Shown here: in pieces, positions 61,554-64,000 of the stretch
How positions within the stretch are numbered: the stretch's first letter is position 1
Layout of the letters: the number at the start of each line of letters is the position of its first letter
Origin: Mobula hypostoma
Taxonomy: Eukaryota
DNA: 64,000 bases
Assembly (NCBI RefSeq): GCF_963921235.1
Contig: NC_086108.1
Location: 26,102,001-26,166,000, forward strand
Direction: 5' to 3'
Made by a program: the position numbers and the translations under genes
The notes under the pieces: generated by a model
Database searches by the model: none
Told to the model about the DNA's origin: nothing
The model's input: the letters and a program-made list of their open reading frames with translations, nothing else

Positions 61554-63794
61554 CATAGAAACATAGAAACATAGAAAATAGGTGCAGGAGTGGGCCATTC
61601 GGCCCTTCAAGCCTGCACCACCATTTATGATGATCATGGCTGATCATCCAACTCAGAACCCCGCCCCAGCCTTCCCTCCATACCCCGTGACCCCCGTAGC
61701 CACAAGGGCCATATCTAACTCCCTCTTAAACATAGCCAATGAACTGGCCTCAACAGTTTGCTGTGGCAGAGAATTCCACAGATTCACCACTCTCTGTGTG
61801 AAGAAGTTTTTCCTAATCTCGGTCCTAAAAGGCTTCCCCTCTATCCTCAAACTGTGACCCCTCGTTCTGGACTTCCCCAACATCGGGAACAATCTTCCTG
61901 CATCTAGCCTGTCCAATCCCTTTAGGATCTTATACGTTTCAGTCAGATCCCCCCTCAATCTTCTAAATTCCAACGAGTACAAGCCCAGTTCATCCAGTCT
62001 TTCTTCATATGAAAGTCCTGCCATCCCAGGAATCAATCTGGTGAACCTTCTTTGTACTCCCTCTATGGCAAAGAAGTCTTTCCTCAGATTAGGGGACCAA
62101 AACTGCACACAATACTCCAGGTGTGGTCTCACCAAGGCCTTGTACAACTGCAGTAGTACCTCCCTGCTCCTGTACTCGAATCCTCTCGCTATAAATGCCA
62201 GCATACCATTCGCCTTTTTCACCGCCTGCTGTACCTGCATGCCCCCTTTCAATGACTGGTGTATAATGACACCCAGGTCTCGTTGCACCTCCCCTTTTCC
62301 TAATCGGCCACGATTCAGATAATAATCTGTTTTCCTATTTTTGCCACCAAAGTGGATAACTTCACCTTTATCCACATTAAATTGCATCTGCCATGAGTTT
62401 GCCCACTCACCCAACCTATCCAAGTCACCCTGCATCCTCTTAGCATCCTCCTCACTGCTAACACTGCCACCCAGCTTCGTGTCATCCGCAAACTTGGAGA
62501 TGCTGCATTTAATTCCCTCATCCAAGTCATTAATATATATTGTAAACAACTGGGGTCCCAGCACTGAGCCTTGCGGTACCCCACTAGTCACTGCCTGCCA
62601 TTCTGAAAAGGTCCCGTTTATTCCCACTCTTTGCTTCCTGTCTGCTAACCAGTTCTCCACCCACACCAATACCTTACCCCCAATACCGTGTGCTTTAAGT
62701 TTGCACACTAATCTCCTGTGTGGGACCTTGTCAAAAGCCTTTTGAAAATCCAAATATACCACATCCACTGGTTCTCCCCTATCCACTCTACTAGTTACAT
62801 CCTCAAAAAATTCTATGAGATTCGTCAGACATGATTTTCCTTTCACAAATCCATGCTGACTTTGTCCGATCATTTCACCGCTTTCCAAATGTGCTGTTAT
62901 CACATCCTTGATAACTGACTCCAGCAGTTTCCCCACCACCGACTTTAGGCTAACCGGTCTATAATTCCCCGGTTTCTCTCTCCCTCCTTTTTTAAAAAGT
63001 GGGGTTACATTAGCCACCCCCCAATCCTCAGGAACCAGTCCAGAATCTAACGAGTTTTGAAAAATTATCACTAATGCATCCACTATTTCTTGGGCTACTT
63101 CCTTAAGCACTCTAGGATGCAGACCATCTGGCCCTGGGGATTTATCTGCCTTCAATCCCTTCAATTTACCTAACACCACTTCCCTACTAACATGTATTTC
63201 ACTCAGTTCCTCCAACTCACTGGATCCTCTGTCCCTTACTATTTCTGGAAGATTATTTATGTCCTCCTTAGTGAAGACAGAACCAAAGTAATTATTCAAT
63301 TGGTCTGCCATGTCCTTGCTCCCCATAATCAATTCACCTGTTTCTGTCTGCAGGGGACCTACATTTGTCTTTACCAGTCTTTTCCTTTTTACATATCTAT
63401 AAAAGCTTTTACAGTCCTTTTTTATGTTCCCCGCCAGTTTTCTCTCATAATCTTTTTTCCCTTTCCTAATTAAGCCCTTTGTCCTCCTCTGCTGAACTCT
63501 GAATTTCTCCCAGTCCTCAGGTGAGCCACTTTCTCTGGCTAATTTGTATGCTACTTCTTTGGAATTGATACTATCCCTAATTTCTCTTGTCAGCCACGGG
63601 TGCACTACCTTCCTTGATTTATTCTTTTGCCAAACTGGGATGAACAATTGTTGTAGTTCATCCATGCAACCTTTAAATGCTTGCCAATGCATATCCACCG
63701 TCAATCCTTTAAGTGTCATTTGCCAGTCTATCTTAGCTAATTCACGTCTCATACCTTCAAAGTTACCCCTCTTTAAGTTCAGAACCTTTGTTCT
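61554..63794 (-). mobile_element. Very young 5'-truncated CR1 nested in an older CR1 3' relic (~61390-61553 and 63795-63980)
   Basis: Uninterrupted ORF2 segment and a perfect (TTTCTATG)n tail. TAC occurs at both junctions and older CR1 sequence resumes on both sides. Confidence 0.93.
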
Positions 63795-63932
63795 ACTATC
63801 ATCCTTGCCTCTAATGCCACCTCTGGTGGTACATTCCAGGTACCCACCATATTGGGTAAAACATTTGCCCTGCACAGTTCCTTTGAACATACTCTCTCTC
63901 ACTCTAAACTCATGCCCTCTAGTATGAGACAT
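61653..63932 (-). CDS. CR1 ORF2-derived reverse transcriptase ORF (759 aa, endonuclease absent, chimeric N-terminus); expression unknown
   Basis: KSPGPDG, NYRPVSL, QHGF, YLDFQKAFDKV, GVPQGSVLGP, FADD, RDLGV and FFTQRVVNLWNSLP are all in one open frame. The first ~46 aa come from the flanking older CR1. Confidence 0.7.
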   Translation of the reverse strand: MSHTRGHEFRVRESMFKGTVQGKCFTQYGGYLECTTRGGIRGKDDSRTKVLNLKRGNFEGMRRELAKIDWQMTLKGLTVDMHWQAFKGCMDELQQLFIPVWQKNKSRKVVHPWLTREIRDSINSKEVAYKLARESGSPEDWEKFRVQQRRTKGLIRKGKKDYERKLAGNIKKDCKSFYRYVKRKRLVKTNVGPLQTETGELIMGSKDMADQLNNYFGSVFTKEDINNLPEIVRDRGSSELEELSEIHVSREVVLGKLKGLKADKSPGPDGLHPRVLKEVAQEIVDALVIIFQNSLDSGLVPEDWGVANVTPLFKKGGREKPGNYRPVSLKSVVGKLLESVIKDVITAHLESGEMIGQSQHGFVKGKSCLTNLIEFFEDVTSRVDRGEPVDVVYLDFQKAFDKVPHRRLVCKLKAHGIGGKVLVWVENWLADRKQRVGINGTFSEWQAVTSGVPQGSVLGPQLFTIYINDLDEGIKCSISKFADDTKLGGSVSSEEDAKRMQGDLDRLGEWANSWQMQFNVDKGEVIHFGGKNRKTDYYLNRGRLGKGEVQRDLGVIIHQSLKGGMQVQQAVKKANGMLAFIARGFEYRSREVLLQLYKALVRPHLEYCVQFWSPNLRKDFFAIEGVQRRFTRLIPGMAGLSYEERLDELGLYSLEFRRLRGDLTETYKILKGLDRLDAGRLFPMLGKSRTRGHSLRIEGKPFRTEIRKNFFTQRVVNLWNSLPQQTVEASSLAMFKRELDMALVATGVTGYGGKAGAGF

Positions 63933-64000
63933 TTTGACGCTGGGATAGAGATCCCACCTGCCTTATCTATACCTTTTATAGAGCCTGCTAGTATTCATCC

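Noticed and set aside
61582..63927. Several plus-strand ORFs of 90-134 aa
   Set aside because: They are antisense shadows of the CR1 RT frame.

Overview
Eukaryotic, AT-rich, repeat-dominated genomic DNA. The repeat mix (CR1 LINEs with short microsatellite tails, V-SINEs, a DeuSINE relic, Penelope-like terminal repeats, Rex1/Babar LINEs) suggests a cartilaginous fish, probably a ray; this is inference. I could not support any host protein-coding exon, RNA gene or CRISPR array, so the window looks intronic or intergenic. Most of it is mobile DNA: many CR1 copies (one near full length with an ORF1 esterase relic, one young copy with a 759-aa open RT frame), two L1/Tx1-clade LINEs, many Rex1/Babar fragments, two internally deleted copies of one Gypsy family, two solo LTRs, piggyBac, hAT and Tc1-like MITEs, an RTE-derived bipartite element, three SINE classes, and Penelope-like relics carrying hammerhead ribozyme-like motifs. 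Insertions are deeply nested and several target-site duplications (TSDs) are still readable. I found no strong evidence for a wholly new biological system. The most unusual items are a composite Tc1-like element with self-palindromic ends and LINE-tail cargo (37451-37997), a Penelope-derived 58-bp hairpin with a 15-bp TSD (24457-24633), a hammerhead core (29042-29070, minus strand) and two chimeric LINE ORFs. Boundaries of degenerate repeats are approximate and all family names come from motif recognition by eye, not from database searches.
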